From the NCBI RefSeq assembly GCF_009914755.1, contig NC_060931.1: a stretch of 64,000 nucleotides of DNA; one strand, written 5' to 3'. This document shows positions 12,493-26,307 of the stretch, one piece after another. This stretch comes from the human T2T-CHM13v2.0 reference genome, Homo sapiens. The notes beneath the pieces are model-generated. The model was not told the origin of the DNA. It saw nothing but the letters and a program-made list of their open reading frames with translations, and did no database searches. Both the position numbers and the translations under genes were made by a program. Position 1 is the stretch's first letter. Each line of letters begins with the position of its first letter.

Positions 12493-15400
12493 GGAGGAGG
12501 CCGAGCAAGGTGGCCAAGTAGAGCCCTCCAGCGATCATCCTCCCCACAGGAACACCATATTAAATAACCGTCCATGCACCTTCATAGGAACCATAAAATT
12601 AGGTGAGTGATCACAGTACCCGGTTTGAGCATAATATCAAGGAAAGTGGCATTCAAAAGGGTAGGAAAGACAGTCTCGTATTGCCTCCACCACCCCTCCC
12701 CTCAACCCTGGACAGCACAGCACAGAAAGAGAATCTGTGGGCTTGTGGGAGGAAGAGTGAAGTAAGTATAGAACTCTGCTTTGAAACTGAGAACTGCTCT
12801 GTCACAGCACAGGACAGAATTCCACTAGCACCCAGGGAAGGAGCATTTAGACCAGCCCTGAGCCAGAGCAGAATTCTCAGCTCAGGGGGAATAACTCGAA
12901 TCCAGGTGGCTTCACTATGCGCTGACTGACATGGCCTGGGGCACTAAATAAATATGAGTGGCAGTCAGGCCACAAGCACTGCAGTCCTAGGGCAAGCCCT
13001 GGTGCTACATACACTCTTCTCAGCGGTCAGTAGACTTCGGGTATGACCCAGTGTAACACCAGCTATGGTGGCCAGCAGAGTGTCTGTGTCATCCCTCCAC
13101 CACTTCCAGGCAGTGTAACTCCAGCAAAGACTCCTTCCACTCAGAGGAAGGAAAGGGAGGAATACAGAGGGCTGTGTCTTAAAACTTAGGTAACAGCTCA
13201 GCCGCAGTAAAACCAAAAACCAGGCAGATTGCTGAAACCCAAGAATATACATCTTTCCTCCTGGACAGCATTTCTAGACCCACCCTTGGCCAGAAGGGAA
13301 GCTGTTGCCCTGATAAGACAGACCCAGTCCCTAGCAGAATTCACAATCTGCTGACTAAAGTGGTCCTGGGCCATGAATAAATAGCAGCAGCAGCCAGGCA
13401 GCAGTGGCCACAGGCGTTAGGCAAGCCCCAGTACTGTGCTGCTCTGCAAGGTTTGAGGTGCAACTCTGCACGGTGCCAGCCATGGTGACCATGACAGTGT
13501 CCATGTCACTGTTTCCCCAACTCTAGGCAGCATTACACAGAAACAGACCCTTTGTAATTAAGAGAAAGAGAGGGAAGAGCATGAAAGACTTTGTCTGGTA
13601 ACCTAGGGAATTCTCCTTTATCTTACTGAAGTGCATCATGGCAGTGTATTTAGGAGTCTCCAAGAGTCACAGTATTCCTGGGCTTAGGGATCCCACTAGT
13701 GCTGAAATAGCATAGTGACCATAGGCTTAGGTTACAACATTCAATCCCTTTTGACTTCATGAAAATCCTTCTCAACAAGGATGGTACAAATAAGCCCAGA
13801 TTGAGAAGATTAAAATAAATAATTAACTCTTCAATGTCCAGACATTAATGAACATCTACAAGCACCAAGAACATCCAGGAAAACATCACCTCAAGAAACT
13901 AAATAAGGCACCAATGACCACTCTGGAAGTGAAGGAAATATGTGACCTTTCAGACATGAAATACAAAAGAGCTGTTTTGAGGAAGCTCAAAGAATTTCAA
14001 GATAACAAAGAGAAGGAATTCAGAATTCTATTGAGAAATTTAACAGAGGCTGAAATAATAAACAAACTCTAGAACTGAAAAATTCAATTGATAAACTGAA
14101 AAATTAATCAGAGTATCTTAATAGCAGAATTGGTCCAGCAAAAGGAAGAACCGAGCTAAGACAGGCTATACGAAAACACATAGAGAAAAAAAGAATCTGA
14201 AAACAAATGAAGCATACCCACAAGATCTAGAAAACAGTGTCATAAGGGCTAATCTACGATTTATTGGCCTTAAAGAGGATGTAAAGAGAGAGACTGGGTA
14301 AAAAGTTTATTCAAAGAAATAATAACAAAGAACTTTTAAAACCCAGAAAAAAACATGAATATCCAGGTACAAGAAGGTCGAAAAACACCAATAAAATTCA
14401 ATCCAAATAAGATGACCAAAGGCATGTAAATCAAACTCTCCAAGGTCAAGGATAAATAAAGAGTCCTAAAAGCTGCATAAAGAAGGAAAAGAAGGAGAAG
14501 GAGGAGAAGGGGGAGGGGAAAGGGAAGAAAGGGAAGGAGGAAGAGGAAGAGGAGGAGGAGGAGCAGCAGCAGCAGCAAATAACACAAAGGAGCTCTGATA
14601 CGTCTGGCAGCACACATCTGAGCAGAAACCTTACAGGCCAGGAGGGAGCGGGATCATTCATACATTCAAAGTGCTGAAGGAAAAAAAAATGTCTTCCAAC
14701 CTAAAATATATCCTGCAAATTTATCTGTCAACTCTGAAGGAGAAATAAAGTCTTGGCCAGACAAACAAAAGCTAAGGGATTTCATCAATACCAGATGAGT
14801 CTTACTAGAAATCCTAAAGGGAGTTTTTCAATCTGAAAGAAAAGCATGTTAATGAGCAATAAGAAATCACCTGAAAGTATAAAACTCATTGATACTAAGT
14901 ACACAGACAACTACAGAATAATACTGCAACTGTGGTGTACAATCCACTCATATCTTTAGTGAGATGACTAAAACACAAGTCAACAAAAAATAACTGATAA
15001 ACAAATTTAGTAAAGCTTCAAGATACAAAACGAACATACAAAAATCAATAGTGTTTCTATGTGAACAATTTGAAAAAGAAAACAAGAAAAGTAATCCCAT
15101 ATAATCACAAATAAAATACGTAAGAATAAACTTAACCAAGGAAGTAAAAGATGTCTACAAGGAAAACTGTAAAACACTGATAAAAGAAATTGAATAAGAC
15201 ACAAAAAAAATGAAAAGATGCTCCATGTTCATGGATTGGAAGAATCAATATTGCTAAAATGTCCATAGTACAAAAAGCAATCTGCAAATTCAAAGCAACC
15301 CATATCAAAATACCAATAACCTTTTTCACAGAAATAGAAAAAATAATCCCAAAATGTATTAATATATGGAACCACAAAAGACCCAGAATAGCCAAAGCAA

Positions 15401-16740
15401 TCCTAAGCAGAAAAGAACAAAGCTGAAGACATCACATTACTTGACTTCAAATTATACTACAGAGCTACAGTAACCAAAACAGCAGGGTACTGGCATAAAA
15501 ACAGACACATAAACCAATGGAACAGAATAGAGAACACAGAAATAAACCCACACATTCACAGTAAATTCACTTTTTACAAATGTGCCAAAAATACACATTG
15601 GGGAAAAAAACAGTCACTTTAATAAATGGTGCCAAGACAACTGGATATCGATACGCAGAGGAATGAAACTAGACCCCTATCTCTCAGCATATAGAAAAAC
15701 CAATTTAAAATGGATTAAAGACTTCAATCTAAGATGTGAAACTATAAAACTACTAGAAGAAAACAGTGGGGAAACAATCCATTACATTGGTCTGGGCAAA
15801 GATTTCTTACATAAGACCTCAAAAGCATAGGGAACCAAAGCAAAAATGTACAAATGAGATCACATCAAGCTAAAAGGCTTCTGCACAGCAAAGGGAATGA
15901 TCAACAAAGGCAAGAGACAATCCACAGAATAGGAGAAAATATTTGCAAGCTACTCATGTGACAAAGAAATAATAACCAGAATATATAAGGAACTCAAACA
16001 ACTCAATAGGAAAAAAAAAAAAAGAATCCCATTAAAAATGGGCAAAAAGATCTGAATAGACATTTCTCAAAAGGTAACATATAAATGGAAAACAGGTTAT
16101 TAAAAAATGCTTAACAGCACTTATCATCATAGAAATACAAACTACAATGAGATACTATTTCACTCCAGTTAAAATGGCTTTTAACCAAAAGAAAGGCAAT
16201 AACAAATGCTTGCAAGTATGTAAAGAAATGGATAAAGAAAACATGGTACATACACAAAATAGAATATTATTCAGCCATTAAAAAAAGAATGAAATATTGA
16301 CTGAGGGACATTATGTTAAGTCAAATTAACCATGCACAGCAGGCCAAATATGTGGGAACTAAAAACAAAACAAAACAAAGACTGAACTCATGGAGATACA
16401 GTGTCAAATAATGTTTCTTTACCAGATGCTGAGAAGGGAAATAAAGAAGGAATGGCTAATGGGTATAAAACACAGTCAGACAGAAAGAGTAAGATCTACC
16501 ATTCAGTAGCACAACAGGGTGGCTACAGTTAACAATAATTTATTGTATATTTCAAAATAACCATAGGAGTGGAATTGGAATGTTCCTAACACAAAGAAGT
16601 GATAAATGCTGATCTGATGGATACCCCAATTATCCTGATTTGAACATTATACATTGTATGCTTATATCGAAATATCACATGTACTCCATAAATATGTACA
16701 ACTCTTACATATCCATAATTTTTAAAAATTAAAAACTTGT
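12493..16740 (+). mobile_element. L1MA-type (L1MA4-like) element retaining both 5' UTR and 3' end, with large internal deletion
   Basis: 5' ggaggccgagcaaggtggccaagtag; ORF1 remnants 13850-14850; jump into late ORF2 at ~14990; 3' end gatggataccccaattatcctgatttg...aaaattaaaaa. Confidence 0.88.
14478..14578. repeat. GA-rich / (GGA)n(GCA)n simple repeat inside L1 ORF1
   Basis: Read directly. Confidence 0.9.
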
Positions 16741-17040
16741 TAAAATTTTTAAATACAGATTGTCACAAATTTGATTATCACTTTAAAATAACTTCTTAGG
16801 AGTTCCTAGCCAAAGGAGACTCACTTTTTTATAGTTTTAATTGTGCAGATATGTGTATTTTCAAAGCTTTTATAGTGCCTAATGCAAAGTCTAAAAAAGT
16901 TCACAGAGGAAAAGAAGAATCAAGTTCCATGGTCTCCAGGAAAGGCTCCAGAAGTACACAATTAATAACAACTTTTGTCTGCAGGTACTACAATCTGGTC
17001 GAAGGGTAAACCTTTGCAACAACAAAAATAAAACAACAGC

Positions 17041-17352
17041 AGCCAGGCACAATGGCTCACACCTGTAATCCCAGCACTTCGGGAGGCTGAGGCAGGCAGA
17101 TCGCTTGAGCTCAGGAGTTCATGACTGGCTAGGGCTACATAGCAAAACCATGTCTCTACCAAAAGTACAAAAAATTAGCGGGATGTGGTGGTGCATGCCT
17201 GTGTCCCAGCTACTTGGGAGGCTGAAGCGGGAGGATCACTTGAGCCAAGGAGGCGGAGGCTGCAGTGAGCCAAGATTGTCACTGCACTCTAGCCTGGATG
17301 AAAGAGTGAGATCCCATCTCAAAAATAAATAAATAAAAATAAAGTAAAAAAA
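17041..17352 (+). mobile_element. AluJ-like SINE
   Basis: Alu dimer; degenerate TSD aaaataaaacaacagca / aaaataaaacaatggca. Confidence 0.92.
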
Positions 17353-18122
17353 AAAATAAAACAATGGCAAGTCTGACAATGCCTAAGGGAAATCAAAGAA
17401 CAATCAAGTAATTCTTTCTTAAGAAAGCTACACTGAGTTAAAGGAAGACAAATGTAGAGTAGAAATCCCAGATTTAAGAAAATAAATCAAAGATCTAGAA
17501 GTAGGTATCAAAGTATTCCCAGAAGGTGGCCCATTTACAATTCTTCCTTGACCATGAGTTTATTAAGGAAAAGGATACATTATAAAGAAAAAAAAATAGG
17601 GCTTGTGGACTTAGTAATAACTAAGTCTTTGATATGTCTGACAGAAGAAAACTATTGAGTTAACTACTACAGACACTAGGCAACTTACAGAAACATCTAG
17701 AATCCAGATCTTCTGGTTCTCATTCTACTATTCTGTCCTCCATATTTTCCCCATTATACAGTATAAAATGTGAGTTACATGTCAAGTAGTTCAAATCCCA
17801 AGTTGTATTTAAAAATCAAATAGTAGCCATTAAAAATACTCATCATCTATAGACACAGGTAGTAAAATATTCTATTTTTTTAAAGAAATAGTAGTAGCAC
17901 CATAACCGCAAGGAAGATAATCAACAAAATTCTTAAAGAGAATTTGGCCAACACATTCAAAATATAAGCAAATAAAAATATTGGAAACACAGAGATTACT
18001 TCAGAAACATTTTTACTTAATTTCTTTAATAAATTACTGCTTAAACACCCTATCTCCCAACTATATTTTTACATTTCAAAAATTATTTCTAAAACAGAGT
18101 TGTAATTTTAAAAGGCACCTAC

Positions 18123-18206
18123 CATCCATATGACATACTGATTAATATAATCAGGATCACTGAGTTGATTTATTAATGGAAGAAGAATTCCTCGTGCAAG
18201 GATTTC
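18123..18206 (-). CDS. SNX13: SNX13 coding exon 9 (84 nt), EILARGILLPLINQLSDPDYINQYVIWM (end of PXA domain)
   Basis: Acceptor tttttttttcag|GAA, donor ATG|gtaggt; PXA C-terminal LSDPD.IN motif. Confidence 0.96.
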
Positions 18207-19581
18207 CTGAAAAAAAAGTAAAAAACAAAAACAAATTTAATCTATTTCTGAAATCAACAGCATAATGTAAATATTCTAACACAATGCTGTTACTTAAGAA
18301 AAGTATGATATACATGTAACTAGGACTTGATAAGCAACACAGTCTTATAAAAAGATGAACTACTATGCCTCAGTTTAGATAAATGAGATACAGTTACCTG
18401 TATCAACTTGGACACATCTCCACAGTAACAACTGTGGAGTGAAATAAAGCAAGATGATACCTCTAGTATGTTAGCATTGATGTCAATTTTAAAAAGACAA
18501 AATATAAGACTAACAGTGTTTATGGATTCATTTATCTTTATTAAAACTATAGAAACAGAAAAGAAAAGGGAAGGATACAAACTGATTTTAGAACTACTAC
18601 CAAGGGAGGAAACGGCAACTACAGTACATTATCAACACTGGTTACATCTAGGTGGTTGGTACATAAATGTCTACTGTATTATTCTCTATGCTTCTCTGTG
18701 TTTGAATAGTTTCCTAATAAACATTTTTAAAATAATAGATATGTTAATCGATTCAACATTCTCTAAAATCTACCTTCCCATTCTTTGCAGTTGTTTATGT
18801 TCCTATGCAGAACAATTGACTGCAGAATCAATTACCCTATTAAATAAATCTTGATCATTCCAACAGAAATATGCTTGAAATACTCATGCCCTGTATCTAC
18901 AGCATTTAACACTTGATATTTTCTCTGTAATTATAAGTCTTATATTTTTCTAATAGAGGCAACTATCTAGGAAACCTCCATATGAGTGGAATTGGTCAAC
19001 TTATCTACTGAATTATTTATTCTCAAAAATATTTACCTTCCTCATCCCATCTTCTCAAGGTCATTGTTTTAAACATGGCAGGCATTTGATAAATGAGTAG
19101 AAAAAAAGAAACTAAGAATTTAGTAGATTCTATAAATACAATGATTTCACCTGGTATTACCCTTTAGTGCCAGTAATATATAAATTTATGAACCCTAATT
19201 TCTTAAGAATATTGGGGGAGGTTAAATAACAATAAGCTTAACAGGATGTATAATTTTTCTAAGTAAAGGATCACAGAAGGTGGTCTTTATTTTTAGTAAA
19301 CTGTACAAGTCTCTTTTGTAAGCTGTACAAGTCTCTGCCAACTATTACCCCCATGATGAATCAGTATTTCCAAAAAGCACTAATGGAGGCACCAGTAATT
19401 TTTTTGAAATGTCTTTGGAGACACTTTGCAGTCTGAAATGACAAAAAATTGCTTCTTTCAAGGTTAGTTTTAGTCTCCTACTTCTTCAAAATTGTATTTA
19501 CGTATGTAATTCCTTCCTTCAAATTATGTCTCTGGCCACATGTTCAAATTTTAAAATGCACTTTGTTAGGAGAAAATTTAC

Positions 19582-19618
19582 TCACACACACACAGACACA
19601 CACAGACACACACACACT
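19582..19618. repeat. Imperfect (CA)n microsatellite
   Basis: Read directly. Confidence 0.9.
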
Positions 19619-20662
19619 TTTTCCAATGCTTCTTTTCAAAAGGAGAAAAAAACACCTGGGGAAAATTTTTGATTAAATTTTGTGTTTCTTATTAGTTGGT
19701 GCAATGAGTCGATTTGTATTAGAAAACTTCTAATCTGTCACATTAAAGGGTTTGGTTAGTCAAGGGCTAGTCATATGACTCAAGGTCCTAGTGAGAGCTC
19801 TAAATATTCCAAGCAAGTAGGCACTTCCACATAATTCCTACTTTAAGACCTCCAATTTTTAGAAGACAGCAATGTTTGTCAAACATGGGGCCTAAAAGAT
19901 ACAAAATCATTGAAGCCATATCTTTAAAGGAATAAAACATAGTAACGGCAAGAAAGTAGAGGCAATTAAATAGCAATTATCTCAAATACTGTGACTTACA
20001 CAATCTATACAAAGTATCCGTACAAAGAAAATTAAAACTCTTTCGTCTGTTATTTAATCTAAACAAAAATATCCTGTGAGAAATTTTAGAATTACTGACA
20101 AAAGAAAACAAAGAAAGAGCTAAAGGAAAAAAAACTGACTTGCTGAATGCATGGTCTGCAATTATCCTCACTTAATTAGATTCAACCAAAAAGTAATAAA
20201 ATACCGGCCTAAAAGAGAAATTTATTTTAAAAAAATGTGCTCATTAAAATCCTACTTATTTTAAATAACTTCCTGTAACAAGGCAGATTTTCATTCATGG
20301 CTCTTAGGAGTCAACTTAATCTTCAAGAAGCTGCAGTAGCACATGCACCACAGCCATCAAGAGGGTAAATGGGTTTCCTTTTGCATTAAAACTGATTGTC
20401 TGAGCATCTGCTATGTGCCAAGTATCACGTTAAGCACTAAGTATATATTTATGATAAATACAGATATAATCTCTGTCCTCATTAGAGTTACAATTCATCT
20501 GGGAGAAAGAGGTATCAAATTAACAACCAAATTACCATCTTAAAATATGGTAAATGCTATGAAGGAAAACAATTGGATACTATCCATAATAACAGGGAAT
20601 TATGAGGGAGATATAGATTGGGTGGTCAGGGAGGGCATCTCTAAGGAAGCGACATGTAGTGA

Positions 20663-21018
<356 letters not shown>

Positions 21019-21118
21019 AAGGAATCATTCTTAACAGAGAAAAAAAGGACATGAGAGGCAGGGAGGAAAATGGCACTTTTGGGGGAAAATGCCAGTGTGG
21101 CTGGAGTATAGTGACCAC

Positions 21119-21555
21119 TAACAAAGACTATCCTTGACCAAACTTAGGCTCCTCTGAATCCTCCACCCATTTATGCCTTAACCTTTGAGTTTCCATGTCT
21201 GTTCATCTTTTCATTGCAGTTTTAGCAAGAATTCTATCAAGTGGGTTTAGCCAAACCTCCCTCACCTTAAATTCCTCAGTCCCCACCCTTTGTGTCTGAA
21301 CATCCCATCCTGCTTTCAACAAGAATCCTATTAAGTCTGTTTAACCAGAATTCCCACTACATCTGATGTTTCCTTTTAGTAATTTTCCATCCACTGATCC
21401 CCAGCCTGCTCCTTGGCTATAAATCCCAACTTGTTCTTTTTTATTCAGAATTGAGTTCGGTCCTAAACCGAGGTCACTTTTCCCCTACTGCAACAGTTGC
21501 TGGATAAGGTCTGTTTTTTACTACACTTACTGTCCAGTTCTGGTTTTCCTTGACA
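21119..21555 (+). mobile_element. ERV1 solo LTR, MER31-like
   Basis: acaaagactatccttgaccaaactt...ttttagcaagaattc...tccttggctataaatccc...tgaca. Confidence 0.75.
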
Positions 21556-22834
21556 TTGCTTGGCATGAAGGCTAGAGAGGTAAATAAGGCCACACTACAT
21601 GCGAACCTATAAGCCTCTTGAAGGACTTGAGATCTGAAAAATTTACTAGATGATCATACCACTTACTAGGATGGAGAGAAGACTAAAAGGCACACAGGAT
21701 ATGGAGGTAAGAATAAGACTTCCACTTTGGACATTTCAGTTTTAAAAAGCTGTGAGTCACTCAAGTGGTGATTTCAAGAGGGCAGCTCAGAGTTGCCCGG
21801 AGCTCAGAAGGTAAATCTGAAATAAAGCTATAAATTTCAAACTCATTAGCATTTGGAAAGGCGTTTAAAGCCACAGTAACGGATGAGCAAGAAAAAGTCT
21901 TGGGACTTAAGATCTTGAATAATCAAAATTTAAGCAGAAGAGAAGTTAAGGAGTATAAACATGACTAAAAAGGAAAGCAAAGGTGACTAAAAATGAGACC
22001 AGTGACATGAAAGAAAGGAGAAAATAGAGTTTCAATAAGGAAAAGATGGCAAGACATGCGAAATAATGCTGAGATTCCACGTAACAGTAGCTGGCTGGAG
22101 TAATATATAAACAGATTATTATGCCAAATGGATACTCTGCATGAACAAATGCTATACCTGACTAGTACTATCTTCCTTAAGTGGCAGATATGAATCTAGT
22201 GATAGACATCCAGGTACTTGCCACCCGTCATAATGACCAGCCCAAATAATTGGCCTTAACAATATACAGTTAATGTATCAGGCTCCTCCCATCAAAACCA
22301 AGCACTTTCTATTACTTCACATAAGTACCATTAACATACCTGAGAAGTACACTGAACCCCAAGCTAGGTAGATGTTAGGAAATTGTATGGTATGGCTTAT
22401 AAACAATAACATGCAAGCATAAAAGCAAGTCTCAGGAATTGTTATCTATTTTGCAGGACAGACTAAAGAGATCATAAGCTTTTGTTTTTAGGAAAATTCA
22501 AAACTTTTCACGTTACGCATTCAACCAGGACATGTTCTTGTGTAGCTAGCCTTTCTAAATCATTACCAGCAGCCAAAGACAAATGTTATTCCTTTAAATT
22601 TACACACAGAACTTTACTCTGAAGGTTTATACTCAGGGAATAACAAGTCCAAGACTACTATTCTCATCTGACATTAATTTTCCAATTGCTAAAAAACATA
22701 ATCTTAACTGTACAGTTTTTAAAGTTTCTGTCCAAAAATGTTATTTTTATCTAACCTGATTTAGATAACACTAGGGTATAAGAAAATTTAAAACAAACTT
22801 TTGTCATAACCAAAAACCAAAGCACCTAACTATC

Positions 22835-23200
22835 AGCCAGAGACTTCTGGGGGATTAGTGGGAGGTTTCCATGAACCTGAAGTTCCCCCGAAGCTTGGGT
22901 TTCAGGTGACCCTTTCAACACCATTTTCATAATAATGCTAAGACATTATTTAACTTTTCACTCTTGTTCTTTCATGTACACACAGTGACCTTTACAAAGT
23001 TACATAATGCTATGATGGTATCGAGCTATTAGGTAATGAAATACATGCTTGCATATTTTCATGTTTTAAAAATTTCTTAGTCTTCACTTGTGTAAATATT
23101 TTAAAGAAAACTCACATAAACAAAAGCTCTTTGGAGTCTTCAATAATTTTTAAGAGTGTAACAGGGTCTTAAGACCAAAAATTTTGAAAACTACTGCTCT
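22835..23200. mobile_element. hAT-family non-autonomous DNA transposon remnant next to the exon 8 donor
   Basis: cacataaacaaaagctctttggagtcttcaataatttttaagag...ttttgaaaactactg terminal motif; subfamily not assigned. Confidence 0.65.
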
Positions 23201-23242
23201 ACATTTTTTTGCAGGTATGATATGGTATGAGTTTAAGCTTAC

Positions 23243-23331
23243 CCTGACAAAGTATCGCATGATCTTGTTCTGGAAATCTCCAGGAGGTAGCAATAAATAT
23301 AGTAAGACCTCACACAAATCCCTTAGGAATC
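23243..23331 (-). CDS. SNX13: SNX13 coding exon 8 (89 nt), FLRDLCEVLLYLLLPPGDFQNKIMRYFVR
   Basis: Acceptor ctttttctacttttag|GA, donor AGG|gtaagc. Confidence 0.96.
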
Positions 23332-23860
23332 CTAAAAGTAGAAAAAGTAGCTATCATAACATTAGAAAATATAAAGTCTACACTTCCTCTTGATATATAA
23401 GATACATTTAAAAAGGCAGAAATAACCAGTTCCCTGGTTACAATGGCTTATTTTAGTAATTAGTACACATCAGTATTCATTAAAAATTCCTTCATTATTC
23501 TCCAAGTAGTAACTATTCATTAATCAACTTAATTTTTTTTAATTTTGCTGTTTTAACCAGTTTTTTGAATCATAAAAAAATTTCGTTACAAGTCTTTTTT
23601 CCCAAAATAGTTTTAGATGGACCAGGTACTCTGTAATTCTACCACACGTTAATTAGCTTTCCATACTTAAAAGTTATTCACACATATAAAAACATAGCTG
23701 TAATTCTTCTTTCAAGAAAACACCTCCATCATCTCAGCAGGCTATAACAAAGGAAAAAAAGAGTATGCTCTTCTATTCTGCTGATTTAAGAGAGCTCAAC
23801 TTACATAAAAGTATTGCACATCAGTATATCTATGTGTTACATTCTAAGTTACTGTAATAT

Positions 23861-24213
23861 AAATTGACCCTTGAACAAAGAGTCTGAACTGCTCAGGTCC
23901 ACTTATATGTGGATTTTTTTCAGTAAATATATTGGAAAATTTTTTAGAGATTTGTGACAATTTAAAAAACTCAAGAGATGAACCGCATAGCCTAGAAATA
24001 TCAAAAAAATTCACAAAAAGGTATGCCATGAATGCATAAAATATATGCAGATACTAGTCTATGTGTTAATCAATTGTTTACATTATTGATAAGGGTTATG
24101 GTTAACAGTGGGCTGTTAGTATTTAAGTTTTTGGGGGTCAAAAGTTATGCACAGAATTCTGTCTGCACAGGGAGTCAGTACCCGAAACCCTCTCACTGTT
24201 CAAGTGTCAACTA
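23861..24213 (+). mobile_element. Tigger2-derived MITE (MER28/Tigger2a-like)
   Basis: Terminal inverted repeats ttgacccttgaaca ... tgttcaagtgtcaa, flanked by TA. Confidence 0.85.
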
Positions 24214-24722
24214 TACTTCTTAACAGTGCTAATAAACTGGCCATTAAAACCTGAATTATACAATAAACATAAAAAGAAAAGGCAAAAGAAGAAAGGAAGA
24301 ACAAAGAAATAAATAAAAATATTTAAAACATTTTCAAAATCTAAGAAAACAATTTCAACAACTAGAAGGGCTTTTCTATAGTTGTTCCTATGCTGACACT
24401 TTCTGGGAATATAATTGCATAAGTGATCCTCTTAATTTAAAACTGTGCCAATTAACAAAGACTTAATACTTGCAAAACTGGGAAGATAACGTCCTCAGCT
24501 AAAACTTGTCTAGTGTAAACTCCTACCAATAAAAGACAAGCCCGTTGAAATCTATAAATTTTATTTGAAATCACTGTATCATTCCCTTAGGAAATATTTT
24601 ATGGTAACAGGTATACTTCTGAAGCAAAAATAATAAATTCAAGAGGAAGAGAAATTACTACAGATAAAAAAATTCAGTCATAAAATGTTTGTGTTTGCTA
24701 TATTTTAAAAGTAGATTGATAA

Positions 24723-24983
24723 TTTCTTTTCTTTTTTTTAGACAGGGTCTCACTCTCGTCACTCAGGCTGGAGTGCAATAGCATGATCACAGGTCACTGC
24801 AGCCTTGACTTCCCAGGCTCCGGTGATTCTCCCACCTCAGCCAGCTGATGTTTCGTACTTTTAGTAGAGACAGGGTTTCGCCATGTTGCCTAGGCTGGTC
24901 TTGAACTCCTGGACTCAAGCAATCCAGGCCCTTCGGCCTCCCAAAATGATGGGATTACAGGCATGAGCCACTGCACCCAGCCA
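24723..24983 (-). mobile_element. AluJ-like SINE with internal deletion
   Basis: Reverse Alu; the segment between cctcag and ccagct is missing. Confidence 0.9.
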
Positions 24984-25194
24984 GGACCAGTTAATTATTA
25001 AAGATGACCTTTAAAGAAGAAAACAGAATCTGGAAACTACTTTTAAGAGTTACAAAATAAAATAAAATGAATAGCATCTTTACTATGCTACCTGCCCTAA
25101 GTAAGAATAATTTTACCCTTAGATTTTTTCACTGGTTCTGCTAACTTGACTCTAGCCAGCTACTATTGTCAAAAAAGTTAAATTAAAAGAAAAC

Positions 25195-25296
25195 CTTCTT
25201 CATCTTTGGGGGAAGTGCACACTAGATCACGGCAAACCTCCTTCTCCATTTCAACTTCAACTTCAAAGAAGGTATCTACAAGATCTTCTGCTGTAC
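25195..25296 (-). CDS. SNX13: SNX13 coding exon 7 (102 nt), TAEDLVDTFFEVEVEMEKEVCRDLVCTSPKDEE(G)
   Basis: Acceptor tttttctttag|GT, weak donor AAG|gttttc; follows an 87-nt intron. Confidence 0.93.
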
Positions 25297-25383
25297 CTAA
25301 AGAAAAACAATTCAAGATATATAAAATGATGAAAGGAAAACAGATTTTCAAATCCTAGTTTTCAAATGGAATAAAGATATTAC

Positions 25384-25505
25384 CTTTCACTTGATCATCT
25401 TTCTCTGTTATTTTCTGTTGAGCCTTTCTGAATACTCGTAAGTGTGTGCCAAAGTCATCTACAATGCGTGTAGTAAAATAAGGTTGCCAGTCTATTTCTT
25501 TTGAC
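25384..25505 (-). CDS. SNX13: SNX13 coding exon 6 (122 nt), SKEIDWQPYFTTRIVDDFGTHLRVFRKAQQKITEKDDQVK(G)
   Basis: Acceptor ttttttataag|G, donor AAG|gtaata; phases consistent. Confidence 0.96.
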
Positions 25506-26013
25506 CTTATAAAAAACACATTACATAAAAGGATTATATAAATGCTTTATCAGAAAATATAAATTCATTTTAATGACTACTGACAAACAACATGATTATC
25601 TGAGACTGTAAATTTAAATTGAGATTTTCATTCATTATTACCTGTTAGTACTGTTTCACAAGATTCAAAGTAAATCAAATCTACTTCACTAAGTCTTCTA
25701 ACAATATTACTTGAATTATTTTATGTGCCAAAGCTTAAAACTACTATCTAAAGGTTTAAAATAGAAAAAGAAATTAATTTTTTCCAGTTAAATTTGAAGT
25801 GAATCTGACAACAGTATATCATGTAATTTCTCAGCCCCAACATAAGAATACATAAGGAATTCTGAATAGTTTTGTTTGCTTTAAAAGAGCATTTCAAACA
25901 TTTCTTGGTTTCTTCTGAACTCTTTCTGAATTCTCCACATTCATCTTTTTAGCTATGCAACACATGTTCTGAACGTTCTGTTTGAATACACTAGCACTTA
26001 AAAACTTGGCCAT

Positions 26014-26307
<294 letters not shown>

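Noticed and set aside
14336-14661. ORFs with poly-Leu / poly-Ser-Cys runs resembling signal or membrane peptides
   Set aside because: Antisense translation of the (GGA)n(GCA)n repeat inside a dead L1 ORF1.
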